Source: Octopus sinensis
Lineage: Eukaryota
Direction of reading: 5' to 3'
Length of the DNA stretch: 64,000 nucleotides
NCBI RefSeq assembly: GCF_006345805.1
Contig: NC_043012.1
Location: 56,730,001 to 56,794,000 of the forward strand
The notes below the pieces were generated by a model, which searched no databases, was not told the origin of the DNA, and saw only the letters and a list, made by a program, of their open reading frames with translations. The translations under genes were made by a program, and so were the position numbers. Shown here one piece after another: positions 51,956 through 64,000 of the stretch; within the stretch, counting starts at the first letter, position 1; every line of letters starts with the position of its first letter.

Positions 51956-53166
51956 AACAACAGCAACTACAAATACAAATGCTTGGGATGTTAACGCTCT
52001 TCCAAAATTTATTACTTCTAATTCTTAAATTGGTTTTGCTGTCTTCAACTCTCCAGACCCAACCTTCTTTGCTAATTCAATTCCAGTTAGCATCGATCTT
52101 CTTCGAGGAAGAATTACTTTCCAGCTTAGCTTTGTTGCATCGTTTCTTAAATAATTTACGTTGAATGGCTTCTGGTTGTCGGCTGGTAGACTTCTAAGAT
52201 AATTAATTAATGCTGTTCTGATCAGCGTTAGCTATGTTTCATAATCTGAACTGTATCGTAAAATGAATGTATTATATATATATATATATATACACATATA
52301 TATATGTATGTATATGTATATGTATATGTGTATGTATGTATGTATGTATGTATGTATGTATGTATGTATGTATGTATGTATGTATGTATGTATGCGTGTG
52401 TGTGGGTGTGTGTTATAATCTTAATCACCAACTTAATAAGGAGATAGTGTTACAACAGAGATTGCTGCGTTATTTATCTTGAGAGGATCTCCTCATAAGG
52501 ACTTGTGCCGCGATTTGACCACACTATACAACGTCGTTTCTTTTTTAAAAATGATAGACGGTGATTTGAGGGAGGTTTGGCTGCTATCTCGAACAAGTCG
52601 ACCGAGCGTGTAAAACACTGGTGCTTGTAAAAATTTAAATATTAAATATGCTTGCAAGACCCATGGAAATTCCGTTTTACAAAAGTTCTTATTTCTGTTT
52701 TGATGTATAAATTTATAGATCTTCATAACATCGTTTCATCATATCAAAGTTTTCGATTATGTCAATAATTTCGTTCCATAGCTAGGTTGTTTGATCATAA
52801 CATTCCAATTTGTTTCATTATGTTAAAAAATTCGATTGTTTTCGATTTCGTTCCATCGTTAACTCACTGAAAAAGCATAACACGCGAACTTGTTTCATTA
52901 TATTTAAAATTTCGATTATGTTAATTTCGTTCCCTATTTAGATTGTTTGAAGCATAAGACTTCTATTTGTTTAATTATGTATGTTTAAGATTTCGATTTT
53001 GTCATCAATGTTGTTCCATAGCTTACATTTTTAACCAAGTAACAAACGAACATATCGTGAAAAAACAGAATAGAATAATTATTACAGATTTTAAGTATTC
53101 AAGTGTAAAAAAAAATGTACAGAGAAAATTACCTTGTACCACAGTAAAGTAAGTGAATCAATCAAT

Positions 53167-53200
<34 letters not shown>

Positions 53201-53338
53201 ATATGATATAAATTCTCGTCTTCCTTTTAAAATAAGTTGTAGATATTAAAATATCTATAACTGTAAGTCATCAGAGCTGTCTAGATACTTCAACTGGGAA
53301 AAGCGTTTTTAAGATTTTTCCAGTTGAAAATGAAATAT

Positions 53339-53421
<83 letters not shown>

Positions 53422-53666
53422 ATATATATATATATTTAAAATATATATTCAAGATATCAAAATTAACAAGATATATTTATGAGACAACATAAATATAGTT
53501 ATTTAAATGTGAGTATATAGTTAATGTTATAGTTAAAATAGTTAAGTAAATGTTAGCATGTTAATGTAGTGAACATTAAAATACCCAAGTAGAAATACTT
53601 GCGCGGTGAGGAAGAGATAACGTTGGTTCAATGAATAAATATTATTCCGACAAGCACGGGAGACAA

Positions 53667-53707
53667 CTCAAGACATATTTCGGGTTTATTAAATATCTTC
53701 AGCGAAG
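53667..53707 (-). ncRNA. Hammerhead-like motif with intact core and weak stems
   Basis: Minus strand reads CTTCG CTGAAGA T ATTT-aat-AAACCC GAAA TATG T C TTGAG. Confidence 0.45.
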
Positions 53708-53948
53708 CAAGACGAGCGAATCAGTTAGGAGTTATACAATTTTGTACAAATATTGGACACGAGTAAATACGAAAATTTAATATACTTAAAAAAAAATAAA
53801 AGTTAAAACATAGCATTCGTAGTTTAACAAAACGTAGATCTTAATGATTTTCAACCGTTTTTGATCTACTGCGCCACATTACGCTGAATAAAGTGCTAAA
53901 AGTGTTATCGTACACCACCAGTTTTTTAAAAAGTTATATCTATATATA

Positions 53949-54362
53949 GGCGCAGGAGTGGCTGTGTGGTAAGTAGCTTGCTAACCAGCCACATGGTTCC
54001 GGATTCAGTCCCACTGCGTGGCATCTTGGGCAAGTGTCTTCTGCTATAGCCCCGGGCCGACCAATGCCTTGTAAGTGGATTTGGTAGACGGAAACTGAAA
54101 GAAGCCTGTCGTATATATGTATATATATATATGTATGTGTGTGTATGTGTTTGTGTGTCTGTGTTTGTCTCCCTAGCATTGCTTGACAACCGATGCTGGT
54201 GTGTTTACATCCCCGTCACTTAGCGGTTCAGCAAAAGAGACCGATAGAATAAGTACTGGGCTTACAAAAGAATAAGTCCTGGGGGTCGATTTGTTCGACT
54301 AAAGGCGGTGCTCCAGCATGGCCGCAGTCAAATGACTGAAACAAGTAAAAGAGTAAAAGAGT
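53949..54362 (+). mobile_element. Family A SINE
   Basis: Full length from GGCGCAGGAGTGG to the (AGTAAAAG)n tail. Confidence 0.9.
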
Positions 54363-54704
54363 AATAGGACAAGTATTAATAATTGTTTGAAGGAAAGATC
54401 GTTGGACACACAGCACCTGACCACAAAGTAATACCCAAGGACTGGGCTGTAATGCGCTAATAATACGTTTTTTTTTTTTTTTTTTAATATTTTGTCATTT
54501 TCCGACTCGTCATAAAGCTCGTGGTTCACGTGCAGAGCTTTGGTACACATGAGGGGGCAAGTCGATTACACATTGACCCCAGTTCTTGGCTAGTACTATA
54601 TTTTATCTACCGCGAAAGGGTGAAAGCAAAATAAAAAAAAAGAACCAGAAGAAACGCTACTAAATATTTCATCCGGCGCAGTAACGACTCTGTCGGCTCT
54701 CTAA

Positions 54705-54705
54705 C

Positions 54706-54746
<41 letters not shown>

Positions 54747-54821
54747 TTTGATGATAATGATGATGATAATAATGATGATGATAATGATGATGATAATAAT
54801 GATGACGACGACGACGACGAC

Positions 54822-54869
<48 letters not shown>

Positions 54870-54929
54870 AATAATAATAATAATGGTGATGATAATGATG
54901 ATGATAATAATGATGATGACGACGACGAC

Positions 54930-54986
<57 letters not shown>

Positions 54987-55006
54987 AATAAAAATAGTAA
55001 TAATAA

Positions 55007-55050
<44 letters not shown>

Positions 55051-55296
55051 TAATAATAATCCTTTCTGTTGAAGGCGCAAGGCCTGTAATTTTTGAGGAG
55101 GGTACTTGTCGATCACATCGACCTCAGTAGTTGACTTGTACTTTAATTTAGAGACCCCGAAAAGATGAAAGGGCAAAGTTGACCTCGGCGGAATTTGAAC
55201 TCGGAACGTAAGGCCGAACGAAATGCCGAACACTAAACATTTTGCCCAGCGTGCTAAACGATTCTGCCATCTCGCCACCGCAATGATGATGACGAC

Positions 55297-55374
<78 letters not shown>

Positions 55375-55380
55375 AATATG
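54705..55380. repeat. Compound AAT/GAT/GAC trinucleotide arrays
   Basis: Direct reading; source of the 280-aa pseudo-ORF. Confidence 0.92.
55062..55280 (-). mobile_element. Family B SINE embedded in AAT/GAT/GAC repeats
   Basis: Core and head CGGTGGCGAGATGGCAGAATCGTT. Confidence 0.8.
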
Positions 55381-57467
55381 ACCTACTATATTTGCTCGTG
55401 TATGATTCAAGAAATTTAACGTAAAAAAAAATAATGCTAAATTGTTAAGTCCTGTTGCAATCGAATTTTCGAAGAACAAAAATAAAATAAACGCAACAAC
55501 AAAAATTGTAAAAAAACGAAGACAGCGAAAGCAGTAGCCGCGAGACATCTAGCGACTAACGTATACACTTCTTTACCGGCGGCTACAAAATATATTGTGT
55601 GGGTAGCGAAGACATCTGATGGCAATTGTAAATTCTATTAGTACGCTGGTGATGGAGCGGTTCTCTTCTATAAGAGTAATTATTTGATTTAAAAGGTGAA
55701 ACTTATAGTACTGACGTATGCTAGTTGTGAAAAATAGATTTAGTATATAGTCTTATAACGAAAGTATGGATGTGTAAAAGCGACGTATTGCTTTCAGGGA
55801 AACATTTAGATGTATGACTATAGAATTTGCTGAAAACTCCAACCACTATTGCAGCCTCTAGGAAATTTGAGATTGTTAAGAGCAAGCAACATTAGGTAAA
55901 GGGGGAAGAACAAAGCTCATTGCAGGAAATGCTAAACAATGAACAGTCTCTGAGAAGAGAGCAGGTCTTTCTCTCTTATCCAGAACTGGAAAAAGAATTG
56001 ACTGAATGCATAGAACATGATTGAAAATATGGATATATTCCAACGATATTGGATTTAAGGATACAAGCAAAGAAACGGTAAAGCTAGAAGAATAGCTGGA
56101 GTTATTTGGAGAATTGCGTTATGCTCAGTAAATTATATGAAGTGAATTGACTATAGAATACAGTGAAGTAAATGGAATCCATTGATTAAAGAACTATTGT
56201 CCCTTAACGGAGATAATAATTTCTTCATAATATTTAGTGAGATTAGAAGTTTCAAGTTTGAAATTAAAGAATCACAAGGAAAAATATGCATAGAATTCGC
56301 ATACAGAATTTTCTTTTCCAACTATATTACATATAGCCTCTTTTATTACTAATTCATTCATAACTGATCCGGGATAACACGATACCTTCACTTGTGAATC
56401 ATGTTACGCTTAGCGCTGATTGATCTGTGATAACGCTGGGTGGCAATCAGTCGAAAGTTCTGCTTGTACTACAGAATCGCGCCTCAGCGACCACCCACGA
56501 TGCTCAGCTACCCAGAATGTAGTGATTGTCGCTTGTGGTAACATGACCGTGCTACAAAGCAACATATATTTTTTTAATACGGATTTACGTACTTGTACCC
56601 ATCAACATAGGATCACTGAACTGAAAATATGCAAAGGTACCTGACCCTAACAAACAGGAAAAGGTAGAGATGACCAAGAGAATATATGACGATGGAAGCT
56701 TCACTGCTTTGGGCAGTGAGTTTGTCGTCAATGAACCTAGCATCCATTCCATTTACAGTGCGTGGAGATGATACATTTACGGCCGATTCATTTATCACGA
56801 TGTTTGTTGGGAACCAAACGCCCGTGATAAACGAGGATAGATGTGCTAAATTATTTTAGCTACGAAAAATGGGGGATCGAATTATATTCGACATAACATT
56901 GTATTCACAAAAAATGGTAGAATTATTTTATCCATCTCTAAGGATGATGGATTTTTGCATAGCCTTGTGGTATTTTTAGGACCAGATTAAGACCCATAGC
57001 AGCCCTAAGCACTTAGAATATTTTGGTGCCCCCATATATATGTAGTTCAAAGTATAAACAATGATGAACCATAAAATAAATTCTTGTTGTGCAAAATAAA
57101 ACAAGACTAACAGTAAAATGGAAAATAATGTTTATTTTTGTATACTTCTACTTTATTCATATTTGAAAAGTTTTCATAAACTTTTTTTTTATTTTATTTT
57201 AATTGCAAAATCTTTGATCAGATCCTTGCCATGGATACTACGAACACTTCGAAATTATATCTCCAATCATAAAAAACCACTTCAAATATCATTTTAGAAA
57301 GTTTGAAGTGATTACTTTTGTACCGTGAACCATTTACCATTTGTGGTACCCCCACGTGCTTATTTTGCTTAATAAGACGGATATTTTCTTTTCTTTGTTC
57401 CTTACTTTCCGAATACCAAATCCTATCTGAAGAGAAATTTTAAAAATATTTCATGAATCAATAAAAT

Positions 57468-57629
57468 TAGTGGCTGTGTGGTAAGTAGCTTACTTACCAA
57501 CCATACGGTTCTGGGTTCAGTCCCACTGCGTGGCACCTTGGGCAAGTGTCTTCTACTATAGCCTCGGGCCGACCAAAACCTTGTGAGTGAATTTGGTAGA
57601 CGAAAACTGAAAGAAGCCCGTCGTATATA

Positions 57630-57673
<44 letters not shown>

Positions 57674-57928
57674 TATATATGTATGTATGTATGTATGTGT
57701 GTGTGTGTGTGTGTGTGTTTGTGTGTGTGTGTTTGTCCCCCAACATCGCTTGACAATCGATGCTGATGCGTTTACGTCCCCCGTAACTTAGCGGTTCGGC
57801 AAAAGCGACCGATAGAATAAGTACTAGGCTTACAAAGAATAAGTCCTGGGGTCGATTTCTTCGACTAAAGGCGGTGCTCCAGCATGGCCACAGTCAAATG
57901 ACTGAAATAAGTAAAAGAGTAAAACAGT
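57468..57928 (+). mobile_element. Family A SINE
   Basis: Near full length. Confidence 0.88.
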
Positions 57929-58382
57929 TGAATAATGAGGACGATATAAACCTTTGTTCTTTAGTCTTATCATCTTTCCAACCTTATGGTCGCTGAAATG
58001 GCACACTTGGTAGAGCGTTGAACTAAATAATACCTTACAACGTGTAGTTATGATTCTCAACGTCCTAAATTCAAACGTCATCGTGATCGATTTTCGCTTT
58101 CTTTTCTTTTTGAGATCGATGAAGTAGATTACCTGTCAAGGACTGACGTCAATTTAATCAGAACATAAAAAATCCAGAAAGAAAAAGGACATAACTAAAT
58201 AACACAAGATATTTGGTTTGACGTTCTACCGATTCGTATATGGACCAACTCCATAATGGAAGCAATTTCTGTAAGGACAGGCTTACTGCCAATCATTATT
58301 GGTGCAAATTTTATTGATCCTTGAAGGAATAAGAAGCGAAGTCAAACTTAGCAAGGTCTATGCAAAATGTTGAGTCTAAATA

Positions 58383-58825
58383 TTTATCTTCAAATTTCGG
58401 CACAAGGCCAGCAATTCCGGGTAGGGAGTATGTCGTTTGCATCGATCCCACTGCTCAACTGGTACTTATTTTATCAACCCCGAAAGAATGAAAGGCGAAG
58501 TTGACTTCGGTGGGCTTTGAACCCAGGACGTAAGTACGAAGAAATGCCGCTAAGCACTGTGTCGGCGTGGTAGCGATTCTGTCAGCTCGCACCGTTGTTG
58601 AGTCTAAATAGTGGTTTCAAATTTTGGCACAAGGCCGGCAGTTTTGGGGGAAGGGTTAAGTTGAATACATTTATCCCAGTGCTCAACTGGTATTCATTTT
58701 TCCGACCCCGAAAGTATGAAAGGCAAAGTCAACTTCGGTGATGTACGAACTCAGAACGTAAAATTGGAAGAAATGCCGCTAATCATTTTGCTGGCACGGT
58801 AACGATTTTGCTATCTCGCCGCCTT
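58383..58825 (-). mobile_element. Two tandem family B SINEs sharing a thrice-repeated 14-bp target
   Basis: GTTGAGTCTAAATA at 58369 and 58597; GCTGAATCTAAATA at 58826. Confidence 0.8.
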
Positions 58826-59097
58826 GCTGAATCTAAATATTGAAAGAATTTACTCGATTTAATCTCAAACTGGAGACTGTGGACCCCTGGGGGTTCACAA
58901 AGGTAGTACTGGGGATCTGGGATCTGTGTTTAAAATCGTAAATGACAGCAGCGCAAAATGTATAATTAGTCATTTACATATATCTTTTATTGAGTAATGA
59001 AACGAAAAGAACGAGTTAGCCGTTAGTTAATACAATCTGGTTATTGAGTTGACGAACCTTTCAAAATTCTGGAGTCCATGGCAAAAACTTATTTACG

Positions 59098-59575
59098 TAG
59101 GCGCAGGTGAGGCTGTGTGATAAGAAGTTTGCTTCTCAACCACATAGTTCCGGGTTCAGTCCCACTGCATGGCGTCTAGGGCAAGTGTCTTCTACTATAG
59201 TCTCGAACTGGCCAAAGCCTTGTGAAAGGAATTTGGTTGATTCGAAAGAAGCCCATCGTGTGTGTGTGTTTGTTTGTGTGTATGTATGTATGTATGTATG
59301 TATGTATGTATGTATGTATGTATGTATGTATGCGTGTGTTTGTGTTTATGTTGTCTTCACACCGCTTGACAACCTCTGCTGGTGTGCTTATGTCCCTCTA
59401 ACTTAGCGGTTCGGCAATATAATCCGATAAAATATGTACGTAGCTTAAAAAAAAAAGAAGAAACATAAGTACTGGGGGGGGGGGGTCGATTCATTCTTCT
59501 AAAAATTCTTCGGGTCGGTGCCCCAGCATGGCCGCAGTCTAATGACGGTAATAAGTAAAAGCCAAAATATATAAA
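59098..59575 (+). mobile_element. Family A SINE, older
   Basis: Head, (TATG)n core and tail. Confidence 0.82.
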
Positions 59576-60028
59576 AAACGGTTTTTGGTAGTGGAAAGGA
59601 TAGGAATCATTAGTCTTATCGTTTCCTCTAAATTTATGGTACTTTATGTGTCTTACAAATCATTCGTTTATTAACCTACGCACAACACCACAGGTGTAAG
59701 GAAAGAGTAGAGAGGTCGCCATCAATTTAGCCAAATTACCAACTCAAATATCGAAATTGCCTTCCATACTTGCGAAGGTCGATAAAAACGTTGTACCAAT
59801 GGTAAATATACCGTGATCGATTTAATTAACTACATCCCACCCTTTCGAAAATTGTCTTCATGTCTATGTAAAGAAATCAATACCAATTATGTCGAACTAG
59901 CCTAATCCTCCGGAATTGTCCATCCTCTCGGCTCTAAAATTATGGATAAAATGCTTTCTTTTCCGAAGTAATCAATAAAAAGAGTTTCTGTTTAACACAC
60001 TTTTCACATTTCATTGAACGACATTTCA

Positions 60029-60490
60029 CTGTTCACAGTTCATTTTTCAAAACGATTCTATTCACATGTTCATTCTACATTTCACAGTTTACAATTTAGT
60101 GAACAATGACAATTTACTGGTTGACAACACTTTAATGTTCACGGTTTTTTTTTGAATAGTTACTTGTCCATTAGTTAACTAAGCAATACTTCACTGTTTA
60201 ACGACTCCTTAATGTCCACGGTTTCTTTTGAAATAATTACATATTCGTTGTTTTGAAATAATTACGTATTCGCTGTTCACAGTTCATTCTTCAAAACGAT
60301 TCTATTCATATGTTCATTCTACATTTCACAGTTTACAATTTAGTGAACAATGACAATTTACTGGTTGACAACACTTTAATGTTCACGGTTCGTTTTGGAA
60401 TAGTTACTTGTCCATTAGTTAACTAAGCAATACTTTACTGTTAAACAACTCCTTAATGTCCACGGTTTCTTTTGAAATAATTACATATTC
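60029..60490. repeat. Tandem duplication with 244-bp period within a degenerate repeat region (about 59960-60900)
   Basis: CTGTTCACAGTTCATT at 60029 and 60273. Confidence 0.85.
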
Positions 60491-61052
60491 ATAGTTAATT
60501 AAGCAAAACTGAAACTGTTCACCTTTTATTTTGTAACAGTTTAAATTTCATAATTTATTGAACAACATCCTATTGCTTAAGAAAACTTTATTTAGAAACT
60601 TATACACGTTCATAGGTAATAAAGCAACACTTAAGTGTTTAAAAACACTTTAATGTTCCGAGTTTATTTTGAAATAATTACGTTTTCATAGTTGATTAAA
60701 CACTACTTTACTGTTAAGCGACACTTTAATGTACATTTTCTAATAGTTTAATCTTCACAATTAAATTGACAAAACAATTTACTTTTTAACGACATTTTAC
60801 TGTTCACAGTTCACTAAACAACATTTTCATGTTTAACAACATTTTTATGATCACTTCTCATTCTACAACAATTTATTGTTCATAGTCCACTGAACAGCAT
60901 TTTTACAATTCAAAGACATTTCTTAAAAATCTTCCTGTTTATTTGTCTTCTATAGTGAGTTGCAAACCCGTCTTTGGTTTCCAGTTGGCAACAGTTTTTC
61001 TATGAGAAGTGAGTAGGTAATAAACCTCTTCGTTCAATCCTTTCCCCCATTT

Positions 61053-61286
61053 ACTCTTTTACTCTTTTACTTGTTTCAGTCATTTGACTGCGGCCATACT
61101 GGAGCACCGCATTTAGTAGAGCAAATCGACCCTAGGACTTATTCTTTGTAAGCCTAGTACTTATTCTATCGGTCTCTTTTGCCGAACCGCTAAGTTACGG
61201 TGACGTAAACACACCGGCATCGGTTGTCAAGCGATGTTGGGGGGGACAAACACAGACACACAAACACACACACACGCACACACACG

Positions 61287-61320
<34 letters not shown>

Positions 61321-62013
61321 ACACACGCATATATACGACGGGCTTCTTTCAGATTACGCCTACCAAATCCACTCACAAAGCTTTGGTCGGCCCGAGGCTA
61401 TAGTAGAAGACACTTGCCCAAGGTGCCACGCAGTGGGACTGAACCCAGAACCATGTGGTTGGTAAACAAGTTACCTACCACACAGCCACTCAAGGAAAGT
61501 TGTGAATGATCTCGAACGATCCTTTCCACAGTGGGAGAGAAAGAATATGAATGTCAATTGTAAACAGCTTACTGAAAACAATGAAAATGCTGAACACTGC
61601 GAAAATAATGAGCGACTGCGTGGTAAGTAGCTTGCTTACCAACCACATGGTTCCGGGTTCAGTCCCACTGCGTGGCACCTTGGACAAGTGACTTCTACTA
61701 TAGCCTCGGGCCGACCAAAGCCTTGTGAGTGGATTTGGTTGACGGAAACTGAAGGAAGCGCGTTGTATATATGTATATACATATATATTTATGTGTGTGT
61801 ATATGTTTGTTTGTCTGAGTTTGTCCCCCCAACATTACTTGACAACCGATGCTGGTGTGTTTACGTCCCCGCAACTTAGCGGTTCGGCAATAGAGATCGA
61901 TAGAATAAGTACTAAGCTTACAAAGAATAAGTTCTGGGGTCGATTTGCTCGACTAAAGGCGGTGCTCCAGCATGGCCGCAGTCAAATGACTGAAACAAGT
62001 AAAAGAGTAAAGA
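61053..62013. mobile_element. Two divergently oriented family A SINEs (61053-61490 minus; 61612-62013 plus)
   Basis: Both match the family along their length. Confidence 0.88.
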
Positions 62014-63045
62014 GTATTAATGTGAACAGGTTCCAGACGACCTTGCCCATTGAGTAACGAAGCAGAGCGAGGGAGAGAGAGAGAGAGAGAGAGGGGGAGA
62101 AGACTCGATCCCTGTACTTCATTGGTACTTTATCATCTCTAGTAGGGTAAAATAGCGCAGTTGAGCTCGGTTGAATTTTTGTTTTTAGCAAAAATATGAG
62201 AAATATTATTCTCTATTTGAAATATGAAAATTTAGAATCTACGTGAAATGCGTAGACAGACGTGAACGAAACCATTCGTACACGCTCTCCCTGCCTCTTT
62301 ATACGCGTGCGTTGTCTACTCGTAGTTCGTTGTTCAAATTTCAGCTCGCTAAGCGAATAGACTCCCAGTCCACTTACACACGTTCGTAGTCTGCTCGCGG
62401 TTCGTTGATCAAATTTCAGCTCGTTATGTGAGTTTAGTTGTCTTCGGAGAAACTATTCATTAATCAGTTTGATCGGTTTGAGAACCGTTCGTATATGGGT
62501 ATCCAATTGTAATTACAACTAACAGTGAAAAGCCCAGCTATATTAGTAGTTTACTTTTCACATACAAATGAACTGTTTACTATCCTTACGTGTAGTTCAG
62601 TTCATTTACTCAGTAAACGTCCACAGTTCGTCTGCTAACAGTTAACTGTCTGATTGTTAAATTAGGGCCGGTTTATTTTATGCAGTTCATATTTGTTAAC
62701 GACTGGCTGTTAACAGTTGACTGTTAATAGTCTAATAGAGCACCTCTACACAATATACGCAGTGCTGTTTACTCTGTCTTTATTCTTTTATTGTTATTCA
62801 AGCAGTATTCTCTCTTGTGATCAGGAATATCGATTTCTTAACTTTAAAACATAGAGACAGAATGCTTGAATGGACAAGATATTGAACTATCAGCCTATTT
62901 CGCCAATGATTTCAAATCATGTATGGTCTTTCCGTTATGTTTCTGGACAAGGAGAAAGACAGAGAGGAAGGAAGGATAAAGACTGATAGAGAGACGAAGA
63001 GAGAGAGAAAGGGAGAGAGAGAGAGGGGGAGACAGCAAAAGAGAG

Positions 63046-63089
<44 letters not shown>

Positions 63090-63282
63090 CAGCAAAAGAG
63101 AGAGAGGAGACAGCAAAAGAGAGTGAGACAGACAGACAGAGAAAAACAAAGAAAATGGTGAGAGTGAATGAGAGAGAGAGAGTGGATGGGAGTGCGAAAG
63201 AAACAGAAAGAGAGTGTGTGTGTGTCTACCTGTGTGTGTGTGTGTGTCTATCTGCGTGTGTGTGTGTGTGTGTCTATCTGTG

Positions 63283-63324
<42 letters not shown>

Positions 63325-63469
63325 CTATCCGTTTTTGCGTGTGTGTGTGATTGCTTCTTGAATCGAATTTCCAATTTCAAAGTATAAACATGGTTGTATG
63401 AGAAGATGAAGATAGCTGAATACGCGACAAGCAGACAGATTCGTTACTGCTAAGTTACAATAGCTAAAC

Positions 63470-63960
63470 TGATTGTGAAGATGTGTTTGTGACCGAGAGA
63501 AGCCAAGATGCCGTTTTCATAGATGACATCAGAGGTTTGTGACTATGCTAAAAACCGAAACATTTGTGTCTGTGACAGAAGCCGAGATATTTGGTGACGA
63601 TGACAGAACCAAAGACATGTGTGACTGTACTACAAGCCGAGACATTTGTTACTGTGATAGAATCTAAGACGCTTGTGATTGTGATAGAAGTTGTGGTATT
63701 GTTTGTAACTGTGACCGAACTGAAGACGTTTGCAGCTGACAGAAGCTAAGACGTTTGTGACTGTGATGGAAACAGATATAATTGTGGTTGTGATAGAAGC
63801 TGTAATGTGTTTGTCACTGCGCCATAGAAGGTAAAACGTAATTATGACATAACCAAAGACGTTTATGTTTGTGATAGAAGCCGTAGCGTTTGTGACTGTA
63901 GATTATGATAGAGGCAATCATGAATAACTTTCATAGAAAATTGAGAAAGTTGCAACTGTG
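63470..63960. repeat. Degenerate 27-bp minisatellite
   Basis: Consensus about GTTTGTGACTGTGATAGAAGCCGAGAC; registers near 63578, 63606, 63633, 63660 and 63687. Confidence 0.75.
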
Positions 63961-64000
63961 ATTCGAACTGAAAAAGCTTAAGAGAGGGATATCTGTGACT

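Noticed and set aside
54706-55548. 280-aa ORF with poly-I/L/H/Y tracts
   Set aside because: Translation of AAT/GAT/GAC repeats plus a SINE; no coding signature.
56613-56830. Minus-strand open frame with a hydrophobic end and CAG|GTACCT donor
   Set aside because: No recognisable homology, acceptor or partner exons.

Overview
AT-rich, microsatellite-dense eukaryotic DNA, most likely Octopus (inferred from the repeat families and the TA/TATG/GATA arrays). There is a 100-N assembly gap at 34102-34201. Only one host coding segment is recognisable: the first coding exon of STIMATE/TMEM110 (minus strand, 6649-6979), whose later exons were not found in the window. Most of the rest is layered mobile DNA: several tRNA-derived SINE families, RTE, CR1 and R4/Dong-like LINE fragments, Tc1/mariner derivatives, TTAA- and 8-bp-TSD MITEs, and a Helitron. 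Nearly all long entries in the ORF track are translated microsatellites. Two signals stand out. (1) About 12 minimal type-I hammerhead-ribozyme-like motifs in at least four sequence families, two pairs of them arranged back-to-back in palindromes. This points to a dense population of Penelope-like or retrozyme-type termini. (2) Truncated restriction-like-endonuclease LINE copies whose ends all abut (CATA)n arrays, suggesting a microsatellite-targeted retrotransposon. All calls were made by eye; no searches or folding programs were run, and repeat boundaries are approximate.
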